DNA from: Felis catus
Taxonomy: Eukaryota
Direction: 5' to 3'
Length of the DNA: 64,000 nt
Assembly: GCF_018350175.1 (NCBI RefSeq)
Contig: NC_058368.1
Location: 76,882,001-76,946,000 of the forward strand
Shown here: one piece after another, positions 25,577 through 37,357 of the stretch
Position numbering within the stretch: position 1 is the stretch's first letter
Layout of the letters: the number at the start of each line of letters is the position of its first letter
Made by a program: the position numbers and the translations under genes
The notes under the pieces: generated by a model
Told to the model about the DNA's origin: nothing
Databases searched by the model: none
The model's input: the letters and a program-made list of their open reading frames with translations, nothing else

Positions 25577-28089
25577 AAGTTTTCTTCAACTACTTCCAAA
25601 GTTAAAGAAGAAATTTCTAAAAGTCAGGTTAAAACTTGGGGCATTTCAGATAGTCAATTATAAAAGTCAATAGAAATATAAATCTGAATATGTAAGGAGG
25701 TAGCAAGTGTAAATTTCAGTTTAGAAGATTAAGTTGGCAATCAAGTTTGACCAAGTAAATGCACCTTGGTAAAGTCATGTTCCTGCCCCCTTGAATTCCT
25801 AAACATGCTTTGGTCTTTAGACATTATGGAGGTTTCTTATATATTCCTTGTATAGTACCATCAATTCTCAGATGTACTTCAAAAGACATCTTTAACATAA
25901 CTTCTATAAAAACAAAGAACAAAAGCCTTATCTAAATGTAACATTACAGAGAAATTACTGAAATTTGATAGACATGTTGATTAAACGTCGTCCAAGCCAT
26001 GAACTTCCCGTGTAGCTGTGAGCCTCTACTACTGTTTCCTGGCATTGCATGTGGTTTATTTCATAAAGGTCACTGAAATTTTTAGGACTCTTCTGCAAAT
26101 GATACAGCTCAAATTACTCAAAGGGAAGACCTTTCAAAACAAGAGTAAAATAAAAGTCTTTTCTTAGTAAACTTTGCCATACACTCCTGTGTCATCTTTC
26201 TGCTTCTAAAATTCAGTTTACACGCATCGAAGCATCTTAAATTAGCATCTACTTATGAGTTTGGAAGGCAAAAGTATTAATTATTACACTGGGCTCTTGG
26301 GACCAAAGAACATTTTTCCCAAGTTTAGTGACAACTGACCTTATAGACTAGAACAATATATTCCTTATGGAACTAAAATACTTCTCGACTACAGTAGTCA
26401 TTTCAATTTCTAGTTTATAATCTATCACTGGTTTCATATTATTGATGCAAAAGCAGCTTATGTGGAAAGAGTACCATTATGGCTCCAACTAACTTGGGCA
26501 CTTGGCATGAAATCTCATTTCCTTATTTGCAAACCAACAGGTTTAGAAAACCAGCCAAACTCCTGTCAACCTTCCAAGTTGGTTTAGGAGTTTGGTGGAG
26601 ACAGATAGGTAGCAGCTGTGCTGTTTTGGTTTTGCCACTCACAAACACTAATACTTTAACCTCTCCAAAGAGGATTCCCACTTCATGGACTGATACAGAT
26701 GTACTGTATATTACAACAAGTTAAATTCTGCTCTAAACACAGAAGTGGTATTACTGACAGCAGTCATAAGCAGATTAACATCTACTGTGGCTCCATAAGA
26801 TCATTTTTGCTCCCTCCCTAACCCACTTTACAGTAAGATGTTCAACAGCACTTAGAAGAGGCTGCATTATATATTCCTTTGTTAATTCCTTGCTACTTGC
26901 TTTTCAACCCATAGTGCAGTTCCAGAAGCCTGGAAAATGAGGAAGGAAACAATCAGTATCCAAATGTATATAAAACCACAAACCTATTTTATTCTAACGC
27001 TCAAGGACCAGGTTTGGTAATCAATTGTACAGACCCTCTTACACACACCCACAGCCGCACCCCTTAGGAATTCCTGAGTGACAGTGAAAACTGCTGACCA
27101 CTGAAAATTTGACTCCTTAACTTACTGGTTTCACATTAATACATCTGAAGAAAATATATGTGAAAAATACAACTGTTCGACATCCTCTGGTCCAACCACT
27201 GGAGGCTCTGGAAAAGAACACTCTTCGGCCTATCAGTTATATACAATATATAGATCAAGACCATGGGATCTAGTCCTCTGAAAACCAGTGACCAATCTGC
27301 TTCAAAATGTATTGTGCAGGCCAGGAGCAAGGAAGTGCAGATCTTCTGGATTACTGCACCAGTAGCAGCTCTATGATCATGCAAAACTGAATGCTAAAAT
27401 AACACAAGAGTAAACACAAAACAGAAATAACAAGTATGATAAAGACAAGTAGGCAGGAAAATGGCAATTCAACAAATGAAAATGTAGGCCCTATTCTTTG
27501 GGCTTCAACACCCATTCGAGATTCCTAGATTGAGGCCCTTTTCCCTTTAGTAGTCCTTTCACTAATTAATAACATTCTGGTATTTGAGTGTTCCTAAGAC
27601 TCCTTCCTGGAGCAAGTGGCAAGTCTCAAAAATTAAGATATCCTGTCTTCAGAAATTCTCATGGCCAGTAATCCAAAACAGATGGACGGTTCTGGGTGTA
27701 AAGGAAAAGAAAATTAAGGTAACTGAAATGAGAAACTCTAGTTAATAATAACAGCTTTGGAGAAATTTTAGTTAAGGGGCAAGTGGAGGTGCTTAATATA
27801 AAATGAGGGATCAGAAATGATACATAAGAGTTCAGCAAGCCAGGAGCCTATGCTTATTTTACTTTGGAAAACAAGAGGTGCAACATTACTGAAAAAGTTT
27901 AAAATCCTGGTGGCCATACAAAATAGCTGTGGGCATCTATGAGGCACGACTACATGGCTGGGTCATTACCTTGAGCCGACTTCGCTACGACTTTGTAAGG
28001 GAAGCTGGAACAGTCAATCTTTATCTAAAAACCCCTTTCCCCTCTTTGCAAGCATTAAAGAGTCCTCACACCAAGCTAATTTAAAGGTT

Positions 28090-28385
28090 TCGTTTATACA
28101 ATTGATAATTCTGCAAACTCCACAATAAAAATTGCAATAACTACATATTTTAAATACTGTAATAAAAATAAACAGTCATTAGTTACTGCTATAATGCATT
28201 AATAATAACCTAAAAAACAAATTATGAATAAAGGCGTGTTTAATAAATTAGGGAACATCTGAACTGCTAATTGGGAGAAAATTTGAACTTTTATAATACG
28301 TACACAAAGGCAGTGGAAACAAATGAAGAAAACAAATTAGTACACATTGTTGCAGCACAGAAAAGATTGGGTGTATTTTATTAAC
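28090..28385 (-). terminator. ARGLU1: Candidate distal ARGLU1 poly(A) signals (long 3' UTR)
   Basis: AATAAA 28377-28382, ATTAAA 28239-28244 and TATAAA 28093-28098 in a U-rich stretch with no recognisable repeat. Confidence 0.4.
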
Positions 28386-29721
28386 AATCACATCCTCTTT
28401 CCTGTAGCCTGGCACAGGAACAATTTCAATATCTGATGCGAATCTCCCGCAGCCGGCAGATATGGCGGGGTGTCACTAAGCAACTTACTGTGATTTCACA
28501 CCATATGTGGCAGTAAGAGATTTTCAAAAAATTAAAAGGCACGCATAAGCTAATTTAAAAATGTAAGTCCAGGCTACTCTCTTAGATACAATGTTTATAA
28601 CACTTGTAGAGCAAAACAATTTTTAAATAAACATTTCCCAAAACTTGAATATACAACCTAAGAACAATGGATCTGCACCAAAAAAAAAAAAAAAGTTACA
28701 TTAAAAAAAAATCATGAAATAGAGCTAACCTATATTTAAAGGTTAAAAAAGGATTCATAAAGCAACCTATATTCTTTAGGTAAATAAAGTGAATGTTTTA
28801 GAGTAATAGGTATCATAAGCCAGTTCTCACTACAGTTCATGCCTACTTAAAATTCTATCTTTAAAGATATTTAAACTGATATTGTTCCTTACCACAACAG
28901 ACTCACTGAAGAGCTCAAACTAAAGCAATAGCATTTTTCTTAGCATGCACACACAAAATAATCTACCATTTAGGCATCTCATTAACTTCTGTTTTCACTT
29001 TGAAAGACTGATCAAACGGTCTCAAAAATATTGGAGAACATGTTCTCTACTTTGAAGACATGTTTATGCAGCTCAGGTAGCATTTTTAGATCCATATCCT
29101 TGTCTTGAATAAATGTTTTAATACCAGTAGACTTAAACATACGTAGATAACTGAGGCAGATTCTAGTGTATTAAGAGTCATCCGTAAGGTATCACATGCA
29201 AAAACAAAAACTTGTAAGAAGTTTAAATGTGTTTGTCCCAAAAATAAACGTGCAGGCACCCTACATCAAAGAGGATTTGACTACCTTAGCCTTTAGTCAA
29301 GGTACAAAGCTAAGTTCTTTCTGATGGCCCACTTTGAAAATAATCTAAGGTTCTATACATTTTTAGAAGCATTTTTCTTGCCTTCATTAAGTATAATTTG
29401 TGATCGTAGTATTTTATATCCTAAAACAGAGGCACAGGATTGAGAATTTAAATCTTTTTCTGGGTGCTTACTCTTTCTTAAAGGTAATACTGACGTCTTA
29501 ATTGCCGTAGCAGCGTAAGTTAGGTATTTGTAAAAATAGCCATTAAATACTAATACGTGAGGATATTTAATGTACATATAAATCCTATTTTAAAAGTATG
29601 AGGAAATATAGCATGGTTCTAGGATTCCTAAATTGTTGACCATCAAAAAGTAAACCACCCTCTTTAAGACTTAACAGAACTTTAAAAAAAATTGCTTCAA
29701 CATATGAATTTAAGACTTTAC

Positions 29722-29748
29722 TTTATTCAGCAAAATCATTTATTTACA
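29722..29748 (-). terminator. ARGLU1: ARGLU1 proximal polyadenylation signals (tandem AATAAA)
   Basis: Minus strand TGTAAATAAATGATTTTGCTGAATAAA: AATAAA at 29739-29744 and 29722-29727, with TGTA (CFIm-type) just upstream, about 620 nt after the stop. Confidence 0.7.
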
Positions 29749-30357
29749 CAATGGGGAATGCTGGTTTGATTCTGTCAATGAAATAAAAACAAACTGAACA
29801 GAGACAATACTGAACTGTATATATAGTTTGTGCCAGAGCTGACCAACTGTTTCCTTACCTGTATCAGGAGCATCAAGGACACTGGTTTAACAATACACCA
29901 CACAGGTCCAGTAACACCCTGGGAGCTTCCAATGCAATTACCAACTTTTTCTTTTTTTATAAATATATAAAAAAACAAAAAGTCAGCAAAACCAGCATTA
30001 TGACGTAATAGACAGAGTAGAACTCTGAAGTCAATGGGTCAGTAAAAACCTTATCAGACCATCCAGTTTACCAAGTGATCTGCTCTCCTTCAGACCATAC
30101 TACAGAATCCAACAGATGAAAAATAGATCCCTCTTTAGAAGACAGCAATGATCTGATAAGGATTTGACTTAATGGAAGTTAAGGGGGGAAAAGGAATGCA
30201 GAGCAGAGCCCCTATTAGAACAAGCTAACTTTTCCAGATTTTCCAAATTAAAAAAAAAACAAAAAACAAAAACAAAACAAAACAAAAACCACTTCAACAT
30301 GAAGCTACCATACAAAGTTTTTCCATTTTTCTTTGTAAAAAGTTCAGAGTTTGCAAT

Positions 30358-30522
30358 TTAATCCTGTGTTTTTAGTGAGAAGGACAGTTTGGGCCTGGAC
30401 TTCCCTTTGCCCAGGATAATTTTTTGTTCTTCTTTTTGTTGACGTTGTCGCTCTTGTTCTAGTTTCATCCTTTCTTCATGAATCTTTCTTTGTTCTTCAA
30501 CAATTCTCAACTGTTCCTCAGC
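30358..30522 (-). CDS. ARGLU1: ARGLU1 exon 4 coding part with stop codon
   Basis: actttcag|[57 protein letters not shown]. Exons total 347+226+84+165 = 822 nt = 273 aa plus stop. Confidence 0.98.
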   Translation of the reverse strand, partial: AEEQLRIVEEQRKIHEERMKLEQERQRQQKEEQKIILGKGKSRPKLSFSLKTQD

Positions 30523-30961
30523 CTGAAAGTTAAAAGTAAACATTAAAACTTCCAAGAATTTCAGGTCTTCCATTAGTAATATTGGGAAATCAGGTGACAC
30601 AGGAACATACGTACTACAGTATGCTTAATAAAGCTCATGCAAAAAGTGATAAAGGAAAAATTATAGCGGAATTAGAAAAGAACTCCTTATTAATTCTGCC
30701 TATTCTTTCTTTTGATGAAAAATATATTTAAAAATTGTAGAAAAGCTCTTGCACATTTTGAAAATGGAAATTTCTAAAAATCGTATCTCGAAACCAGTAT
30801 AGATTTTGTCCTAGTACCTGTTTTTATCCACATCTTCAGTGAATCAGATTAACAGATTGTCAATTATGAACAAAGGCACCGATTTCTTCAAACGGTTAAG
30901 TTCTCTACCAATTACTAGAACTAGATTTGTAATTAGAAAGACATATAAAAAAGTTACACGA

Positions 30962-31140
30962 GGGACACCTGGGTGGCTTAGTCAGTTAGGCATCTGTCTC
31001 TTGATTTCAGCTCAGGTCATAATCTCATGGTAGTTGAGTTCTTGGCTGAAAGCTCAGAGCCTGCTTGGGATTCCCCCACTCCCGCCTCTCCCGTTTGCAT
31101 GCTTGCTCTCTCTCAAAAAAAATAAATAAACTTAAAAAAC
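30962..31140 (+). mobile_element. Carnivore SINE (first of a tandem pair)
   Basis: gggacacctgggtggcttagtcagttagg head and A-rich tail. Confidence 0.9.
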
Positions 31141-31151
31141 AAGTTATAGGA

Positions 31152-31320
31152 GGGGTGCCTGGGTGACTCAGTTGGTTAAGCGTCCCACTCTTGGTTTCAG
31201 CTCAGGTCATCATCTTGCAGTTTGAGTTTAGGCGTCGAGTTAGGCTCTGTGCTGACAGTGCGGAGCCTGCTTGGAATTCTCTCTCTCAAAAGAAATAAAT
31301 AAGCTCAAAAGAAAAAAAAA
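31152..31320 (+). mobile_element. Carnivore SINE (second of a tandem pair)
   Basis: ggggtgcctgggtgactcagttggttaagcg head and A tail. Confidence 0.9.
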
Positions 31321-31704
31321 AGTTACAGGGAAAAAACCAAAAACCTCTACTGGAGCTACATTATATTGTCAATATGCAATCAAGAAATACTAAAGACCCC
31401 TTTCTCTGGAGTGAAAAAAATTAAATACCCTTTTCACCCGCTGATTATAACATGCTTTTCGGTTTCAAATGGACACTGGAATAATTAACTTTTGTGGTGA
31501 CTTCAACTCCTTCAGTCTTAAGTAACCAACTCCCTTCCTGTGTTGTCTATACGTTTCCCCTCTTTACCAAAAAATTCCAGCCATTCCAATTCTCCCTCCT
31601 CATGGTCTCTCTCCTTCAGGTCTACTTCCTTACTCCCCCCCATCCCCCAGGTGCAAGTCTACCCCTCCAGCACAAGGGACATTAGGCCATGTGTGCTGGT
31701 GACT

Positions 31705-31850
31705 CCAGTGGTCACGAATGGGAGAGTGGCTCCTGGCATTTAGTGGGCAGAGGACAGGCATGCTGGTAAACATCCTACCACGCACAGGTCAGCCCCCCAC
31801 AACAATTATCCACTCCCAAATGTTAATGTGGCCAAGATTGAGAAAACCTG
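31705..31850 (+). mobile_element. MER20-like hAT fragment
   Basis: ctggcatttagtgggcagagg...aaacatcctac...gcacagg...cccaaatgttaat...gattgagaaaacctg. Confidence 0.75.
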
Positions 31851-32151
31851 CTCTAACCCTTTGAGTTTTTAAATCTCAGTGATCACTGTGGTCCCTTCTT
31901 TCCTATTTGATCTTCATCCTAAAACACTCACTGCATCCTGTGAATGCTTTCCTATTTCCAAAGTCAAGTCTTAAAGTCACTACTTCTATCTCCATTATTC
32001 TACTAAAATTATTTTCTAGATGGTCAGAAACTCCATTTTCAATGACTTCCTTATTCATTCTTCTGCTCACTTGAAGTCTTTTATAATTTTTTTCTCTTCC
32101 CACATATTCTTTCATACAAAATACAGTGGTTCAAAACATACATTAAGGCTC

Positions 32152-32335
32152 CAGGTATCTGTGGCTCAGTTAAGTGTTTGACTCTTGATTTTGGCTCAGG
32201 TCAAGATCTCCTGGTTCCTGAGATAGGGCTCCGCACTGACAGCATGGGGCCTGCTTGGGATTCTCTCCCTCTCTGCCCCACGCATGTGCACGCTCTCTCC
32301 GTCTCCAACTGAAAATTTTTTTTTTTTAAAAACAA
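32152..32335 (+). mobile_element. Carnivore SINE (diverged)
   Basis: gtggctcagttaagtgtttgactcttgattttggctcaggtc...gcctgcttgggattctctccctc; ttaaggctc on both flanks. Confidence 0.85.
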
Positions 32336-32670
32336 AATATTTAAGGCTCTCCACCCTGATCAGTTCTGTTTGTCTCCACTGATAGGTTTTTTTTATTCTG
32401 AAATAGTAACATTCAATGTGACTGAATTACAGGCTTTTCAGCAGAAGACCGGAAAGATGATGGACTCTGGTATGCAGCATAGAATGTTTAAAAAAAAAAA
32501 AACAAAAAAAAAAAACCCCTGACATTTAAATACATAAGTAACACAAAGAAGTTTTACTTTAAGATGGTATGGGTGTAGACTAAAAGGCAGAAGATAGATG
32601 GTGGGACAAATCCACTGAAATCAAGTGAAGGGCAAATGGGAGGAAGATCAGAATTAAAAGGTGGGAATTT

Positions 32671-32865
32671 GGGGGCACCTGGGTGGCTCAGTCAGTTAAG
32701 CGTCTGACTTCAGCTCAAGTGACGATCTCACAGTTTGTGGATTCAAGCCCCGTGTCGGGCTCTGTGCTCACAGCTGGGAGCCTGGAGCCTGCTTCAGATT
32801 CTGTGCCTCCCTCCCTCTCTGCACTCTCTCTCTAAAATAAACAAACATTAAAAAAATAAAAAATA
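32671..32865 (+). mobile_element. Carnivore SINE (SINEC_Fc-like)
   Basis: Typical head and body; TSD aattaaaa(g/a)gtgggaatt. Confidence 0.93.
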
Positions 32866-33859
32866 AATTAAAAAGTGGGAATTGGGTCAGTAGGCAAGAT
32901 GGAAAATCCAATGGAGAGGTGAAATAGATCTCTCTTTCAGACCTTTTCCCTAAGCTCCGTTTCTTAAGCTACAGCACACTACAGGACAGAGAGAGAGCTC
33001 TTCAACATGTCCAAGATTTAGAATCCTCAAAACTAACCCTAAAATAAATCAGCCCTCTCTACTACCTTCTCTATTGCAACCCATATTCTGTAGCTTGATC
33101 CTGTCTTCCCCGACACAAGCAAATAGCCAACCAGTTTGTTAATCCTCCCCTTATATCCTTTTCCATTACGTTCTCTCATCTAGAGCCTGTCCTCCATTTC
33201 AACTGCCACCACACCAGCACAGGGCCCCACATCTTCTTACAGACCTGAAATGGTTTCCTCATTCCCAGTCTTTGCCCTTCATCCACCATCCACCCTACAG
33301 AACACTTCCAGTTTTGGGAACATCTTTCTGTTCTCTCATGCTCCCAAGTGATCTCCACCAGGTGTGGAATATGGCCTAACTTCCCCAATTAGCACACTAT
33401 TTAAGACGTTCTATAATCTGGCTCCAACTGTGTGTCTGCTAGTATCTCAAAATTATGCTTGCTTTCTATCTTGCCTCCGCTTCTCCTATACTCCTGCCAT
33501 TCTCTCCTCCTACTCAAGTCCCACCTGTACATCCATCTCAAATCTCCACTTTCATGCTTAGACTTTCACTGATGATTACAAGAGAAAAGAATTACCTACT
33601 TCTGTTCATCCTCAGTAATAAATTCATATGCCAATTACTTTGCCCAATTTTAACAAATCATCACACATTTGGGGTAAGAGCCTGGCAAGTACAATTCAAT
33701 CAAAGAATAGTAAAGAATCTTACTTTGTGTCCATGTGCTTGGGAAACCCTTACCAATATAAACACCCAGATTCACTGCTGCCTATGGTTCTAACTCAGCC
33801 CTCAACGAAGCAGATTAGATCCTTAAAGAGCAAAGAGTTTGAACATCACAGCTTCACCC

Positions 33860-34670
33860 TTAAGAGAAATCTAATTAAAATTACACACTATTTTTCACTG
33901 TATCATATTGACAAATTCAAAAGTGAAATACGAAATATTAGCTTATGAAGAGTACTATGGCACTACTTACCAAAATTTTATCTTCATAATACTTTTACCC
34001 AGAAAATTAATTTTCTGGAATATCCTATAAATAACACTTGCAAACATGCTAAATTGAACAACGTTTTTTAATGCAACATAGCTTGCTCAAGGCTGGAGAA
34101 ATCCAAAATTCCCAAATATGGGACTATTAAATTATGCAAAATCTATGTAACAGACACTGTGCAGGGGCACCTGGGTGGCTCAGTCGGCTAAGTGTCAAAT
34201 TCCTGATTTTGTCTCAGGTCATGATCTCACAGTCATGAGATCAAGCCCAGGCTCTGAGCTGGGGTGGGAGCCTGCTTAAGATTCTCTCTCCCTCTGTCCC
34301 TCCCCCACTCACGAGAGCACATGCGCACTCTCAAAAAAAATACTGTGTGGTTAACAAAAAAAACACAAAAATAGGAATCCCTACATACTGAAATGGAAAA
34401 CCCCCCAAGTTATACGGTTAAGTAAGAACAGCAAAGTCCCAAATAGTTATGTATAGTATGCTATTTCTCTGCAAAAAGGGGAGAATAAAAATACATGTGT
34501 TTGTATCTGCCAAAATATGCATTTTAAACTCTGGAAAAATAGACAAAAACCATAATTGAATATATATTTTGGAGATGGGAATGAAAAGTAGGTGGATGGG
34601 GAAAAAAAGAGACAGAACCATTTATTTTTCTAAAAAATAAATCTGAATGATGTGATCACATACCTAAATT
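33860..34670 (+). mobile_element. Degenerate L1 3' fragment
   Basis: L1ME-like 3' motifs on both sides of the 34164 SINE; boundaries approximate. Confidence 0.5.
34164..34340 (+). mobile_element. Carnivore SINE inserted in an old L1 fragment
   Basis: ggggcacctgggtggctcagtcggctaag head; actgtg on both flanks. Confidence 0.9.
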
Positions 34671-34739
34671 AAAATGAACAAGATTTTTAAACTAGTTTCC
34701 TTCATTAACAGGAAATACTGATTCTGCACTGAAATTGAC

Positions 34740-34944
34740 TTTATTTTTTAATGTTAATTTATTCTTGAGAGAAAGAGAGACAGAGCACAAGTCGGGGAGG
34801 GGCAGAGAGGGAGGGAGACACAGAATCCGAAGCAGGCTCCAGGCTCTGAGCCGTGAGCACAGAGCCCTACCCAGGGCTCGAACTCATGAGCCACGAGATC
34901 ATGACCTGAACCAAAATCCAAGACTGTGCCACCACCCAGGCACC
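34740..34944 (-). mobile_element. Carnivore SINE (SINEC_Fc-like)
   Basis: Reverse-complement SINE body (gagacacagaatccgaagcaggctccaggctctgagc...ccacccaggcacc); tgaaatt(a)gact on both flanks. Confidence 0.92.
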
Positions 34945-37357
34945 AATGAAATTAGACTGGGTAAAGAAAGTTTCAATGTCATCCAGGTTTACAAATACAG
35001 GAGATGGAAGTGCATGTGTGCAGAAGAGGGGCTGCAGTCTCTCTGGTTCTCCCTTAGTGCTGAGCATATAGTGCCTACTGGAAGTACCTGATAATGAAAT
35101 GACTTTTAAAAATGAAGTGAGCAGGTGAATATCCTGTCTTTACATTCAAATGTTTATACTTTGTTCCACTATAGCTTTAAACTAAGCATAAATGTTATTC
35201 AATTACACCAGAGCAAAACCAAACCAAACCAAACAAAAAAAAAAAAAACAAAAAAAACAAAACCAAAAAAATGAGTCGAGCAAAACCCAAAACCATCAAT
35301 TTTAATATAGTGGTTCTCAAATGATGAAAAACTGGTTTCCTACCCCATCCATCTGTGAGGTTTGACCCTACACCTTATTTGCTAGGTATTCTAAACCCTA
35401 GCCCCCTCTGCAATCTGATATGCCATTTCCTTCCCAATGCCCCTGGAATATCCACTACTCCTCCACCCTTCTGTTGTTTCAAATGCATGCAAAAGAAAGA
35501 ACTATTCCAGGGGGGTGGGGGGATGTACACGTGTATTCATACAGAAAAACAATACCGAGCTCTCCCACAAGGATTACACATGGATGTCATGGAGGCCCAA
35601 GAGAAAGCCAACATCCACCATACTAGAGCCATGAAAAGAGGGTGGGCCTTCTTAGCCATTAAGTCCAGGACCCTCACAAAGGTGGCTTTCAACCCTGTAC
35701 CTCACTGGGAAGAGTGACAGGTGAGATAAAATACATAAAAGCAAAGTATACCATTCTAGAAGAGTCTATTTACCCCTTCCAGTACCTTTTGTTCCCCCCT
35801 CTTCTACCCAGAGGTCCCAGTGTCCTTATTACAATTGCACCTTTCTAAGCATCCCCCACCTACATAGTCTCTAACTGTACACTGGGGTGATCCCTAGCAG
35901 CAGTTTTTAAGCAAATAAGGATGCTGAAATCTACTAAAAATACATATGAAATTTTACAAAATCTTAAAAATACAAAGAGAGAATTACTTGTTATCAGCAG
36001 TGATTACGGGAATGACAGGCAAGAATGAAAAAATATTACAATTAGGAAATCATGCCACCACTCAGAAATGTGGATTTCTGCATTTTAAACTTCCCAGACA
36101 CACATCCTGTTAAACTCTGCCATTTGTAACTTTAATTCTTTGACTCATCTTCCCCCCGTAACAAGTGTAATGTTTATCCCACTTTAGATAAACAATGCAT
36201 AAAAAAAATATTAAAAAGAAATCTGAAGTAATTAATTCTGACCCTTAACAAATTACGGATCAGTAAAGTTTTCCAAAATTATTAACGTACAAGGTTAAAA
36301 AAAAATAACTTACCAGGATTTTTTAAAAAAAGTAATCCCCCCCCCAATGGCAATTTGGTTATTCTGTTACCTAATGTTTACAGTGTATGCTATAGGATAT
36401 CGTTAGCTACCATATAAAAAGAATTCGTATCACTCCTTCTAGCCCCTTTCCTTTGCAATTCCTCAGTTGCTACACCTTTATAATCTTAAATATATTTTTG
36501 GAACGTCAACATTACAGAACATCTCTCAAGATCCCGTATTACTTAAAAGTGGACACAACTGCTTCAAGAGGGAACTGATAGCCGAGACTGGTACGGGATA
36601 CTCGACACAAAAATCAGTGTCCTCCAGGGCTCAGCAGAAACCACTCTAAGAATACTGCCCAAACACCAATCTCGTACCTTCAGGATTTTAGTATTTGTGT
36701 CCTAACGTGAACTCATCCAGATGTGGTTCTTTTAATCTTCCATACCCTAAGTTCTCTTTTCTTTCAAGTCCAGTGCTTCTGTCTGCCTTGGTCACTCATT
36801 CCCTTTTGTGGAGGTTTTCTCAAGTGCCTGCTGATACCTGGCTGTCAGCATGAGATCTCTGGTTCCCACACCACATTTTCTCCTCTTCTTTCTCCTCTTC
36901 CTCCCTCCGGGCACTTTTATCGCTCAACCAGGTTTACTCTCTTTACAGTTTCTCCTGCCACCTTACCAATTCCAGCCCCATCTTCTGACAGGCTTTCAGT
37001 GGGTTTCTGGTTGACTTTCTGTCCTTCACTCACACTATATAAGGCCAATTCAGTAATATCCAGAACATTTTCCAAATACTGTTGCCCAAAATACACTAAC
37101 ACACTCTTAAATGAGCTTTTTACCTTATCAGTTGAAAACAAGCCTCTCCCTGACTAAACATTCTTCCATTAACTCCCCATCACTTCGTTACAAATTAAAA
37201 TATTTAATTGACATTTACATTTGGCGCCATGCCATCCCTGTCTCTCTTAAAACGTGTAAATACACCACGATTAACTGAATATATCACTCAGTCCTGTGCT
37301 CTCTCAACTTAGATGTGCTCACTCTACTTACTATAAATGCCCCATTCCTTTTCCATT

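Noticed and set aside
30523..30600. Track ORF extends ARGLU1 exon 4 upstream (similarly 46887-46897 for exon 2)
   Set aside because: Intronic sequence upstream of canonical acceptors; the spliced frame already gives the complete 273-aa protein.
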